A stretch of 64,000 bases of DNA from Mobula birostris (lineage: Eukaryota): NCBI RefSeq assembly GCF_030028105.1, contig NC_092381.1:64258505-64322504 (forward strand). The letters are read 5' to 3'. Positions 37,295-49,399 of this stretch are shown one piece after another. Numbering within the stretch: the stretch's first letter is position 1; the number at the start of each line of letters is the position of its first letter. Both the position numbers and the translations under genes were made by a program. The notes below the pieces were generated by a model that had not been told where the DNA came from, ran no database searches, and saw only the letters and a program-made list of their open reading frames with translations.

Positions 37295-37877
37295 CTGAGC
37301 AATCAGACTCAGTTATAAACATCTCTGACTGAGATTTGCGATTCACGATTGTAATGAAAATCTAAACAAGTGCGTGCTGTAATGCTGTTTGCAAGTGATA
37401 GAATACAAAGAATGATCAGTGAGTAGGGGGGCTCAAGTGTTACAGTGCAGAAATAGATGCTCCATACTCTATTACAGGTGGTATATTCTTTAACAAAAAT
37501 CACGATACAGAAAATCAATGGATCACAAATCAAACATTTCATTCCAGCCATGGTACAAAAAGAAAGTACAAGGATATTCCCTTAAGGAATTAGTTTGGAC
37601 AGGCATGGCACTCTGATATTGAACACGTACAGTTGAGGAGATCACAAGTTCTATCTTCCAACAATGTTAATTTGATTTCAAGTTAGGTAATAGTGAGAGC
37701 ACTAGTAATGACCAGTACATTGGGATAGAGAGTGGATAAAGATTGTTCAGGGCTTCAAAGAACATTCCAATGGATACTTCCCCCCACCCCCACCATCAAT
37801 GGAAAAAAATTATTGAACAATAAGATGAATGCTCAAAATCAATGCTATCCATGGCTAAATTTCTTGGAAATACTTAC

Positions 37878-38014
37878 TTGTACATGGTAAACGGCCCAGT
37901 TGGTGAATGGCCACTTCCACGAAACTTTGAAAAAACCCTGGAAGCTGCTTAATCTAATCTTTGAATTATTTGTCTTCATTCTCTTCTTAGACCTCTCAAT
38001 AGTTTGCGTTTAAC
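37878..38014 (-). CDS. Candidate exon 2 (137 nt): mostly 5' UTR, start codon ATG TAC AA at 37885-37878
   Basis: Acceptor gtgactcttaccag|GTT, donor CAA|gtaagt; ACCATG Kozak context with an upstream in-frame TGA. Confidence 0.65.
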
Positions 38015-38680
38015 CTGGTAAGAGTCACAAATTGATTTCTCACTTACAGTGCTAAAAACTCAACTGCCTTTCTGTCAAAGTCATTCAGAAGCACCTTCAA
38101 TGGTAACTCAAACCATAAAAAAATCTATTTTCCTTCTCTGGCAGAATACACTGCTGACCCTCTACTTTGTTTAATATGATATCTATTAAAATGTGAAAGC
38201 TTGCTAAGACATGCAAGTGAGTCACTGATTTGTTGCTGCATGAAATATAGAAGCAGTGAAGACACACCTTTTGCTTGTGAGATCAATTTTTAAATCAAAA
38301 TAATTTGTTACGACACATCATCCAGCCTACCTATAGATTGCAGATCATTACAGTAATATGTACGTATATTACAGAACACTTACTTGCACCTGAAATGTCA
38401 GAATGTGTCAACATTTTTGAATAAACTCCCTTTTCAGATTTTAAGCGATTATTAGTGATTAAAGCAGATCTAGCAATGTCAGCCCATCCATTGTAATTAC
38501 TGCAAATTACTATGTAAATAATGAATACACCAAGAAGACCTGATATGTTCAATGCCAAACCTTCACTCTCACACCTCCACTATTCTCAACATGATAGAAA
38601 AGGTCTATTAATATGCAATAGAATGACTTAATTTAGTGATACAATTGAGCAACTTCCAAAGCTAACAATTGATATCTCTC

Positions 38681-38899
38681 ACAAACAAGAGAAAATATGC
38701 AGATGCTAGAAATCTAAGCAACACACGCAAAATGCTGGAGGAATTCAGCAGGCCAGGCAGCATCTATGGAAAAGAGTACAGTCGATGTTTCAGACTGAGA
38801 CTCTTCAGAAGGGTCTGAGCTCGCAACATCAATTGTACCCTTTTCCATAGATGCTGACTGGCCTGCTGAGTTCCTCCAACATTTATTGTGTGTTGGTTG
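38681..38899. mobile_element. Penelope-derived palindromic short element
   Basis: Inverted arms fused at CTTCAGAAG; TSD AATTGATAT(C/T)TCTC at 38667-38680 and 38900-38913. Confidence 0.85.
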
Positions 38900-39389
38900 A
38901 ATTGATATTTCTCCCTACATCATTCTATTAAATGATGAATAGTGTTTTTTTGAATGACAAAGGTAAATGTATCTGACTACAATACCACAGTTGTGACATA
39001 TAACTGGGAACTGGTTTTTCAGCATACATACACCTATTGTTTTTCAAAGTACAATATGGCATTATTCCAAAACCTTTACTGAAACTTAGTAAATGATGAT
39101 TAAATTGACTGGGAAAATGCTGTAATATTTTTATGAGTTATTTACTGACCATCTGTTGTCATTGATCAGTGATGGGGAAACGGAGATCAAGGAAGTATTG
39201 TTCATTTAATACAAGATTTATATTTCTATATATACACTGAGAGAAGCAGTACAATTTATAAAAAAGGGAGAAGAGGCATTTTTCTAGAGCCATATGTTTT
39301 ACCACCAGCAAGAGATCAGATCTTGCTGAATTTGTTGATAAATAAAAAACCAGAATTGGTTAACAACCTGAAGACAGATCTTTGAAAAT

Positions 39390-39815
39390 AGAAATAGAAT
39401 AGTGCAGCACTGAACAGGCCATTTGCCCACAATTTTATGTTGATCTTCATTCTAATTGATATGAAATGTTAACTTCCTGTGCATCATGTATAGCCTTCCA
39501 TTCCCTTCACAGTCATGGTTCTCTCAGAGCCTCTTGAACTCCAAACTGCTTGCTTCCACTACTACCCCACCACACTCTGCATAAAGAAACTCGCTCCTTA
39601 AACTTCCACCCTGCCCCATCTTAAAAGCATGTACTCTGTTATTTGACATTTTTACCCCAATATTCTGACTGTCTGCCGTATCAATGCTTCTCATAATTTT
39701 AAAAGCCTCCATCTGGTCTTCCTTCAACCTCCAACATTCACAGGAGAACAATCTAAGTGTGTTCAACATTTCCCTGTAGCTCATACCCTCCTCTGCACCC
39801 TCTCCACCATCTCCA
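39390..39815 (-). mobile_element. CR1 3' fragment
   Basis: (AATAG)n tail on +, MSYRE.LN.LRLFS.E.WRL..D..EAFKIMR motif. Confidence 0.8.
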
Positions 39816-40446
39816 CAGTATAAGGGAGAAAGAGGAGTTCAGAGAAACGATTTAAAGTAAGACAATTTTTGGAGCAAGATGACACCGGTGAACCACAGCG
39901 ACATTCTGTGGGCTACATACAAAACTTCTAAATATACTTCTTTTGAGTTGCTCTCAATGCAATCTGCAGGATGTAATTTCCCTTTACTTTTTCCTTACAT
40001 ATTTTTAAACCGACTTAATGAACTACAGACTTCACGATCTTCTGAAGGATTCAGCAGACTTAACCTTTAAGCAATCAGATAAGCAGATCCAGCACCTTTA
40101 AGTGGATGAAGGTTCTTCACTATGGCTGAAAGCGAGGCGGGGGTTTACTCCAAGCTAGACTGAAATGCAGAGAGATGAAACCCCCTCTACCCAGCATCTT
40201 ACTAGGAAATATGCAGTCACTGGAGAACAAAATTACAAAATTGAGGACCCAAGGGCAAGACTGCTGTATCATATGGAAATGAGGAACTGTATTCTCTGTT
40301 TTACCGAGGCATGGTTTACTCAGAGTACACCAGATATGGCAGGCAGACCTGAAGGCTTCTCAATACGTAGGATGGACCAAACTGCTGATTCAGAAGGATG
40401 TTCAACAGATATAGCAGGATTTGGATGCTTTCACCTCTTACAAAGT

Positions 40447-40866
40447 TGTCGTCGTGGCCATCCCTCGAGGTCGAGGATGATGGTCTTCATTCTGAAGAAG
40501 TGGCCCATAGAGCAAAGACGCCTGTGCGTATATTTGTTTAACGTGTACTTCATGTTGCACTCCAAGAAGCACACGATACTTCACAAATCAACCAACTGAT
40601 TCCAATGGCATGGAAACCACGACGATTGGAGCTGATGGATTTGTTGCAGCCTTCATCCGCCTTCACAGTTGTTGAGTTCGAAGTAACTTCGTCCGCCTGT
40701 TCCACCGTTGAGGTCTCGGTTGGATTGTTCTTTGTCAGGGACCTCACCCTCGACCTTACTGCCATGGGTGACCCTACCAGGAGCATAGCTCCAGACGGTA
40801 TTGCTCTCGGGATCACAGGACCAGACAAGCTTCTCCACCACAACAAGGTGACAATCCACAGAGAAG
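40447..40866 (-). mobile_element. RTE-derived short non-autonomous retroelement with structured 5' leader
   Basis: 11-bp TSD TCTTACAAAGT (40436-40446, 40867-40877); (ACG)n-like tail; 5' GGATTGTCACCTTGTTGTGGTGGAG...GGGTCACCCATGG...AAGGTC resembles RTE/Expander 5' UTRs. Confidence 0.75.
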
Positions 40867-41072
40867 TCTTACAAAGTGAAATAAAGTGACATAGGTGACA
40901 ACAGGGCTTTGCTTCCAGATGAGCTCAATGCCTCCTATGCTTGCAAGGAGGAACCACCAAGAACTCTCACACCCCCTGATGACTCTGTGATTTCAGCCTC
41001 TGAGGCTGATGTGACAGCACTGGAGAGTGAAACCACAGAAAGCATCCGGCCCAGATGGGATTCTTGGCCGGG

Positions 41073-41345
41073 GCAAACATGAGAAAATCTGCAGGTGCTG
41101 GAATCTTCTACCCTCTCTCATCAGATTCCCCTCCTCTAGCACTTTATCTCTTTCACCAATCAACTTCCCAGCTCTTCATTTAGCCACCCCCCCCCACAGT
41201 TTCACCCATCACCTGCCACCTTGTACTTTTTCCTCTGCTCCCCCCACCTTCTTGCTCTGACTTCTCATCTTTATTTCCAGTATCAACTGTTTATTCATTT
41301 CCATAGATGCTGACCAACCTGCTGAGTTCCTCCAACCTTTTGTTT
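41073..41345 (+). mobile_element. Penelope-derived element nested in the Rex1-like LINE
   Basis: AAATCTGCAGGTGCTGGAA head, CT-rich body, AGATGCTGACCAACCTGCTGAGTTCCTCCA arm; hammerhead core deleted. Confidence 0.75.
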
Positions 41346-42956
41346 AAAAACCAGTGCTGATCAACTGGCTGGAGTGTTCACGAAGATCTTTAACCTCGTA
41401 CCTTAGCAGTCTGAGGTAACTACCTGCTTCAAGCAGGCTTCAATTATATTGATGCCCAAGAAGAATGTGGTAACCTGCCTCAATCAGTATTGTCCAGTAG
41501 CACTTACATTCATTGTGACAAAGTGCTTTGAGAGGTTGGTGATGAAACATATCAACTTCTAGCCGAGAAGCCGCTTGGGTTCAGTCCAATTTACCTACCA
41601 ACACAACATTTCATTGACTCCTCGTTCAATCCTGGAACATCTGGACAACAAAGGTGCATACATCAGGATGCTCTTTATCGGCATTCAATACTATCATCCC
41701 CTTAAAACTAATCAATAAACTTCAAGACTTTGGCCTTAATACCATTGGCAACAACATCTCCTCCACAGTCACCATCAGCACAGGTGCATCACAAGGCTAT
41801 GTGCTTGGCCCCCTGCTCTACTCACGTCACACCTATGACAGTGTGACTAAGCATAGCTCTAATGCCATACTGAAGTTTGATGACGACACCACTGTTGGAG
41901 GTTGAATCAAATGTGGTGATGAATCAGCATATAGAAGGAAGATTGAAAACCTGGCTGAGTGGTGCCTTAACAACAACATCTTACTCACTGTCAGCAAGAC
42001 CACGGAAGTGATTATTGATTTCAGGCATAGGAAACCAGAGGTCCATGAGCCAGGGCCCATCAGGGGATCAGACGTGCAGTGGGTCAGTGACATTAAATTC
42101 CCTAGCGTTATCATTTCGGAGAACCCGTCTTGGGCCCAGCACTTAAGTGCAATCATGGAGAAAACATGGCAGTGCTTCTACTTCCTCAGAAGTTTGCAAA
42201 GATTCAGCGTGACATCTAGAACGTTGACTAAATTCAAAAGATGTGTGGTGGTGAGTATATTGTCTGGTTGCATCACAGGGCTTTGGTGTATGGAAACGCC
42301 AATGCCCTTGAATGGAAAATCTTACAAAAAGTAATGGATATAGCCCAGCCCATCACAGGTAAAGCCCTCCACACCAGTGAGCACATCTACATTGAGCATT
42401 GTCAGAGAAAAACAGCATCCATCATCAGGGACACCCATCATCCAGGTCATGGTCTCTTTTCACTGCTGCCATCAAGGTGGTGGTGTAGGAGTGTCAGGAT
42501 GCACCACAAAGTTCAGGAACAGTTATTAGCTCTCAACCATCAGGCTGCTGAACCAGAGAGGATTAACTTTACTCAACTTCACTTGCCACATCACTGAACG
42601 GTTCCCATACCTTATGGACTCACTTTCAGGGACTTTCCATTTCATGTTTGATATTTATTGCTCATTTATTATCATTTCTTTTTTTAATCTTTTGTACATT
42701 TTTTGTCTTTTGCACGTTGGTTATCCATCTGTTAGGTGTAGTCTTTCATTGATTCTATTACTGTTATTAGATTTATTGAGCATGCCCACAAGGAAACGAT
42801 TCTTAGGGTTGTATATGGTGACATACATGTACTTTGATAACACGTTTACTTTGAACAAGATATAAATTGATCACATGGTGTATAAGACTGAACTGTAATG
42901 TGTATCAATAGCAGGGAGTATTCAAATAAATAATTGATATTGTACTAAATCGAATA

Positions 42957-43776
42957 CAATGGATTCCAGTTAGTTGGGCCACTGGTTAATTAGGGAGCTA
43001 CATATTTAGGATAACTCTTAAAGAACAAAAAGTAATCAAGAAAATAGCCGAGGTTCCCTTCATTTATTTGGGACACTATGCTGCTCATTTGGGACAGGAG
43101 ACTGTTGCTGACCAATTTCTAATTAGTGCCAGTCACTTGCATTTGTGTGGTCATTAGGCACTACACCATGCTAAGAGTGAACAGTTTTTAAATAGCAACA
43201 ACTGTGTGTGTTTCTGTTCAAAAAGCAGTTATTTTTGTCACTGATAGTTGGCAAGAAAGACAATTCAGAACAGTTTTGCTCACTGTGGTTTCAAGCTTTG
43301 AGGCTTAGAAATGCCAGAAACAGCTGGAAGTGAAAATAAAACAATCGCATCCCTTCAACAAATTAGAAACTATGAAGAATTTGATGGCAATGACAGTTAT
43401 ATTGAATGTTACAATGAAAATGGAGATTTGGAGAATGCAAAGCATTTTACGAAGACAGTCCATTATCTGCCCTAGGTGTCCATGCTGATTTTGTTCATTT
43501 ACAGTCAATCTAAAGAACTCAGTGGCATACACTGGATGAATTCCTCCATCAATAGTCATTAGGCACTAATATACACTTCTACAGTACTGTAGTAGTATTG
43601 TCATTGTTCTAATCTATTCTGCATTTCACTTAATATTTATTACTCAGTTCAACTGTAGTTTGTCTTTTTTTATACCTTCGTAATAATTTCCATGAAACTT
43701 TGGCTAATTGGGCCAGCTGCCTAATTGGGCCAAAAGGCACTAGTCTCGATGTGTCACCATTAACCAGAATCCACTG
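42957..43776 (+). mobile_element. Tigger-like non-autonomous deletion derivative
   Basis: TA-flanked; ends homologous to 31279-33206; most of the transposase is missing. Confidence 0.85.
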
Positions 43777-44064
43777 TAAACTATTCCATTGCCCAAAAAA
43801 TGAGAAACTAGACTCAACAAATACAGTAAGTGAAGAGAAGGCTTATACAAATGCAAAGAAAATTGGAAATGCTCCAGGTAGAATACAGTGGAGAAATTCA
43901 AAATAAAATTACAAGGAATACTAAAGGTAAAAATAAAGGTATTTGGAAATACATTAAGAATGGTAAAGTGGAACATGTGTCCTTCAGAACCAGAGCAAAT
44001 TGCAGGCAAAGGATAGACCTTGAGTAGATAGTCAGATTCAGAATCAGGTTTAATATCACAGGCA

Positions 44065-44415
44065 TATGTTGTTTTTTTGAGGAGGATGCAAAGAATATCA
44101 TGAACAAAACTAATATCTAATGAGGATGTCATGAACAGAGCAAACACAAAAGGAGAAATGATGTATGAGAGCATGAAAAGGCAAAGTAACTTCATTGCAC
44201 ATGTGATTAGGAAAGAGGAGTTAGAATACACGGTAATTATGGGAAAGATTGAAGGGAAGAAAGCAAGAGGAAGACAAGGACAAATAATAATGGAGACAGC
44301 AGCCAGAGAATTGGAAATGAATACAATGAATTGATCCACTTGACCCGAAACAGGAATGTGTGGGCAATGGCAGTGAGAGCTCAAACTGGGCACGGCGCCT
44401 GATGATGATGATGAT
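44065..44415 (+). mobile_element. RTE (BovB-like) LINE 3' end
   Basis: HVIRKEELEYTVIMGKIEGKKARGRQ motif; (GAT)n tail. Confidence 0.85.
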
Positions 44416-44642
44416 ACGTTGTGAAGTTTGTTGACTTTGCAGCAGCGGTACAAAATAATAGTGAAAAAACTGTGAATTACAGCCTTCACACTTCTGTACC
44501 TCGTTGCTAATGGTAACAATGAGAACAATGCATGGCCTGGATGATGGGGGTCCTTAATGATAAATGCTGCCTTTCTATGGTATTGCTCCTTGAAGAAGTC
44601 CTGGAAACTACGGAGGCTAGAGCCCTTGATGAAGATGACTCA

Positions 44643-44849
44643 AACACAAGGAATTCCGCAGATGCTGGAAATTCAAGCAACACACATCAAAGTTGCTGGT
44701 GAACGCAGCAGGCCAGGCAGCATCTCTAGGAAGAGGTACAGTCGACGTTTCGGGCCGAGACCCTTCGTCAGGACGAACGTTGACTGTACCTCTTCCTAGA
44801 GATGCTGCCTGGCCTGCTGCATTCACCAGCAACTTTGATGTGTGTTGCT
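44643..44849. mobile_element. Penelope-derived palindromic short element (young subfamily)
   Basis: Near-perfect inverted arms; TSD TG(A/G)AG(A/G)TGACTCA at 44630-44642 and 44850-44862. Confidence 0.88.
44739..44774 (-). ncRNA. Minimal type I hammerhead ribozyme motif (best-preserved copy)
   Basis: Minus strand GTC-CTGACGA-A-GGGT(CTCG)GCCC-GAAA-C-GTC^GACTG: intact core, 4-bp stem II with tetraloop, GUC triplet; predicted cut after 44744. Confidence 0.75.
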
Positions 44850-46167
44850 TGGAGGTGACTCAGTTTACTCTGCTTTGATCCTATGCGGTAAACCCCCCAG
44901 ATGGTGATGCAGCCAGTTAGAATGCTCTCCACAGTACATCTGTAGAAATTTTCATGTGTTTTTGGTGACATACCAAATCTTCTCAAACACCTAATGAAAG
45001 ACAGCCACTGTTGTGTCTTCTTTGTAGCTACACCGATATGTTGAGTCTAGGTTAAATCTTCAGAGATATCAACACACAGGAACTTGAAATTGCTCACTCT
45101 TTCCACTTCTGATCCCTCAATGAGGACTGGTGTGTGTACCTTCCTCTTACCCCTTTTAAAGTCCACAATCAGTTCTTCAGTCTTACTGATATTGAGTGCA
45201 AAGTTATTGCTGCGACACCACTCAACTAGCTGATATACCTCTCTCCAGTACACTCTCTTATCACCATCATGCATAAGAAAAAGAAACTGAATATGAATTA
45301 ACAACTGGTACCCTTCATAGTGAAGGTCATCTCTTTCTCCAATATCTGTAATTGATCTTACTCAGTGATACAGATCAGTATTGGGATATCAAATTCTTAC
45401 CATGTAGTGTATAGCACTAATTTATATCAAACAAATCACAACTGCATTCCCCAACTTTCAGATGATACCACATCAAGAAAATGTTTAGTAGCTAGTGAAT
45501 AAAAGTTGCAAGAGAGGCTGACAGACAGGACAAAACAGCAGATGGAATTCAATGTTGTGAAACCATAAGGTCACCCATGGTTTGATCTGAGAAAGATAAA
45601 AATCTGACAAGGATAATTTGGAATATTTCCTTCATGGAAAAAATTTTAACTGCAGATTTGGGCATCTATGTGCATAAATCACTGGAAGCTTTAGTTCAGA
45701 TAGACAAATTAATCCAAGGCTAATATAAGCTTTCATTTTTTGGGGATCTATATTTCAAAAATGATGCTTTGTTTAAAATACCGGAGCTGATAGTAAGTAA
45801 TTGATCTGAAAAGTTAATTCTGTTTCTCCCTTTTCAGTTGCTGCATGACCTTCTGAGTTGTTCACTGCTTTTACTCAAGAAACATTGCTCTGCAGGAATT
45901 GCAGTGACATGACTTCCCAAAAATAAAATTAGGCCTCAAAGTGTAAAAATATAGGGTTGCATAAATTTATCTAAAACTCACACAAATTCAGAAAGGAAAA
46001 AATTATTTTCACAAAGATATGTTCTTTTAGTTCATAACAGATCTTACAGCTGGGGCAATTTCACTACATTAGAAGAAAAGACCTTGTAAAACTACAATGA
46101 ATAGACAAAAATTTAAATGTAAGGTGAAACTATAAAGTCAATAGCAGGATCCTTAATAGCATAATGT

Positions 46168-46778
46168 AAACATAGAAAAACTACAGCACAATACAGACCC
46201 TTTCACCTACAATGCTGTGCGAAACATGTAGTTACTTTAGAAATTACCTAGGGTTACCCACAGCCCTCTATTTTTCTAAGCTCCATGTACCTATCCAGGA
46301 GTCTCTTAAAAGACCCTATCGTATCCGCCTCCACCATCATCACCGGCAGCCCATTTCACACACTCACCACCTTCTGCTTAAAAAATTTACCCCAACATCT
46401 CCTCTGTACCTGCTTCCAAGCACCTTAAAACTGAGCCCTCTCATGATAACCATTTCAGCCCTGGGAAAAAGCCTCTGACTATCCACACGATCAATGGCTC
46501 TCATCATCCTATACACCTCTGTCAGGTCACCTCTCATCCTTCGTTGCTCCAAGGAGAAAAGGCAAAGTTCACTCAACCTATTCTCGTAAGGCCTCCCCAA
46601 TCCAGGCAACATTCTTGTAAATCTCCTCTGCATCCTTTCTATGGTTTCCACATCCTTCCTGCAGTGAGGTGACCAGAACTGAGCACAGTACTCCAAGTGG
46701 GGTCTGACCAGGGTCCTATATAGCCATGGCATTACCTCTCGGCTCCTAAACTCAATCCCATGGTTGATGAAGGCCAAC
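46168..46778 (-). mobile_element. Relatively young CR1 3' fragment nested in an older plus-strand CR1
   Basis: LYRTLVRPHLEYCAQFWSPH...RRMRGDLTEVY ORF2 C-terminus; the flanking plus-strand CR1 resumes at ~46785-47270. Confidence 0.88.
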
Positions 46779-49399
46779 TTTAGTGTACAGAGGGATCTTG
46801 GAGGCAAACTCCATAGCTCCCTGAAAGTAGCCAGAAAAGTAGCTAGGGTGATAAATAAAGTATATGGTATGCTTACCTCCATTGGTCAGGACAGTGAATA
46901 TACAATTTAGGAAGTTATGTTGCAGCTATGGCAACGCATGTACTGATTGCGCCATTACAGGAAGGACTGAGGGTTCGTTAAAGGTCAGAATTATTTTCAC
47001 AGAGTAGAAATGCCAAGTATTAGAGGAGATACATTTATGGTGAGGGGGAAAAGTTTAAAGAAGATGTGCTGGGCAAGTTTTTTTTCCTAACAAGTGCGGT
47101 AGGTAGCTAGAACAGGCTACCAGGGGTAATGGAAACAAATAAGATAGTGGTGCTTAAGAAGCTGTTAAACAGACATGAGTATAGGGCAAATGGGGGTAAA
47201 TGGATCAATTACAGGCAGAAGAAGCCAGTTTAATTTGGCATCATGCTCAGCAGAGACACTGGGCCTGGGCTATGTGAAGAATTAGGGAGTATGAGTTACT
47301 GGCAAATTATCATGATGGTTACATATGAAATACAAAGAACCTTAGGGTTGTGTTGTGTAAGTGATTCTATTAACTATCAGTCATTTAGAGGGAGAACTAG
47401 AATGAGTTATGGCCAAATATACTTATGATAAAGTAACTAATTAGGAGGATAAAGTTGCAAAAAGATGAAACAGTCAAAGAAATCACATTATAAGTATTTG
47501 AGCAAAATGATAGGAATGTATAAACTTTGAAAAGACAGATTTAAACTGCAAACATAATTATGTGCTATAAGTATCCACGGCATCATGCTTGTAGAGTGCA
47601 AGCTCTTTTATACTGAGAATACTTTTGCATTTTATTTTCCATTTTCTGCCCTGCTTTCAAATTATTTGAAACCTGATTGGGATATGAGGCTCAAATAGCA
47701 TTAATAGCTGAGCATTGAAAGAAGGCGGCTAATAGGATTCTGTTCATTTGGAAAAGAAACACCAGCTTGAACTAGTTGTGCTGAATATACCATTTCTGTA
47801 CCATAACTTCTATGTCATTCTATTCACCCCAATAGAAATGAAAACTGACAGGTGTGTATAATAGACACACACACACACACCCCAAATTGCCAGTGTTCAG
47901 ACGGATTCAGTTTGAAAATCCACGCCAATGCTCTTCCTTGGCTGAAATTTTCAACCCAGAAAATTTCAAAAACTCTTGAGGGGGTGAACTCAAAAAGTTA
48001 TCTTTTTAAAACTTTAATGCCAGGGTACAGATAGATTGCCTCCAATGACTGTGTGAGGACGAACTTCTTTGAAGTTTCAATGTGAAATATTACTTCAAAC
48101 TCTTGTTGAATCAGTAAGCCATTTGGGGATTGAATCACTTAATTAACAGAATGGCTCCTTTATGTAGAAAACCTAACAAAGAATGCATAAAATAGTTTTA
48201 ATTATATACAACTTGCATCTATTTTCCTGCAATTCTTTTGATATATTCAGAATCTCCACTATGTTTTTTGCAGATACCACAGAAATGCTCAGTATCAGTT
48301 ATATAGTAAGATGTCTAAGATAACGTCAATCACTGAAGTGATTAATTAAAGAATTTAGCCAAATGGCCCATCTTCTGGATGGCATATTATGGCTGCAATG
48401 ACACCAAATCACTTCTGCAAGTAACAAGTTTATTTTTCTCCCAGTATACCTAAGATATTCAAGTAAAGATAAAATATACAGGAGAGTGAGCATCATCCAT
48501 GGAAAAATGTAGGAGCAATACAAAATCAAAATAAATGCAGCAATGCACTGACTGAACTAACCAGCTCACTCAAATCAAATCCCACCATAGTAAACATACT
48601 TGTCTTTGGTCTAACTTATCAAGTATCAACTTCAGTCAAAGGGCAAGAAGAACATCTGCTATCTTACCTCATTTTCGCATTTCTGTTAAAATCAAGGCCC
48701 ATTATGTAGTCTCATCTTCCAGACTGCTATTCCCATGATATTAACCTTGTATGATCCTTTTCCTACATTATTCTGTCTTTCCTTATTTAGTCATGTATTA
48801 TACCTCCTGAATTACTGAAAATAAAGGAGAGTATACTTGTAGCATGTTACATAGAAATTCAACATAGAAATTGGATTTTTACTTGAATTTCCTAATAAGT
48901 TCAATGTACACATTCAAGTCATGTGTTAAGGTAGACTACAAATCACCAATGTGTGGTTATAGTCTTAACTTATTTATCTTTCAAACAATATGAAATTTTA
49001 AACAAAATACAGAACTTGTTCTACTTTGTGTATGGTCCTTGGGGAAGAACTGAAGTAAAAAATATCTCCGCAGGAAATGCTCCTCCACATTTTAATCCTG
49101 ATATAAACAATCACTCAAGCCCTTCACAGAAGTGACTCTCCTTTAAAAGGCCTGATTATTACTTCGATGTCGGCAATTGTAATAAATATTAAAAACATTA
49201 CTTATTGAGATGATTTGCCAACTGTTTCAAATGTTCAACTTCGAATTGACCTGTAATAACATTTCATTATAAAGCAATTATTATTCTTTCTAGCGCCTCT
49301 ATGAAATTCTAATGAGTGAAAGCATATGTAGTCTTAAACGGTCTGGTTTGACATGTATAATGAACAGTCCGGCAGGGTTACCTAAGGAGTTGCACCATG

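Larger units (their letters stand above)
39950..42855 (+). mobile_element. Rex1/Babar-like LINE, long decayed copy with nested insertions
   Basis: APE remnant CILCFTEAW; RT remnants KASGPDG, ADQLAGVFT.IFNL, GASQG.VLGPLL, KFDDDTTVGG; 3' tail TACTTTGATAACACGTTTACTTTGAAC. Confidence 0.88.
44416..45270 (-). mobile_element. Rex1/Babar-like LINE fragment
   Basis: LVEWCRSNNFALNISKTEELIVDF and RRFGMSPKT..NFYRCTVESILTGCITIW motifs. Confidence 0.85.

Noticed and set aside
43740-44528. 262-aa minus-strand ORF
   Set aside because: Antisense to an RTE fragment and adjacent repeats; no coherent protein features or splice context
46364-46882. 172-aa ORF
   Set aside because: CR1 ORF2 C-terminus fused to antisense CR1 sequence; not a host gene
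48668-48682. 15-nt candidate exon (ttttaacag|AAATGCGAAAATGAG|gtaaga)
   Set aside because: Splice signals are plausible but nothing else supports it; cannot be separated from chance
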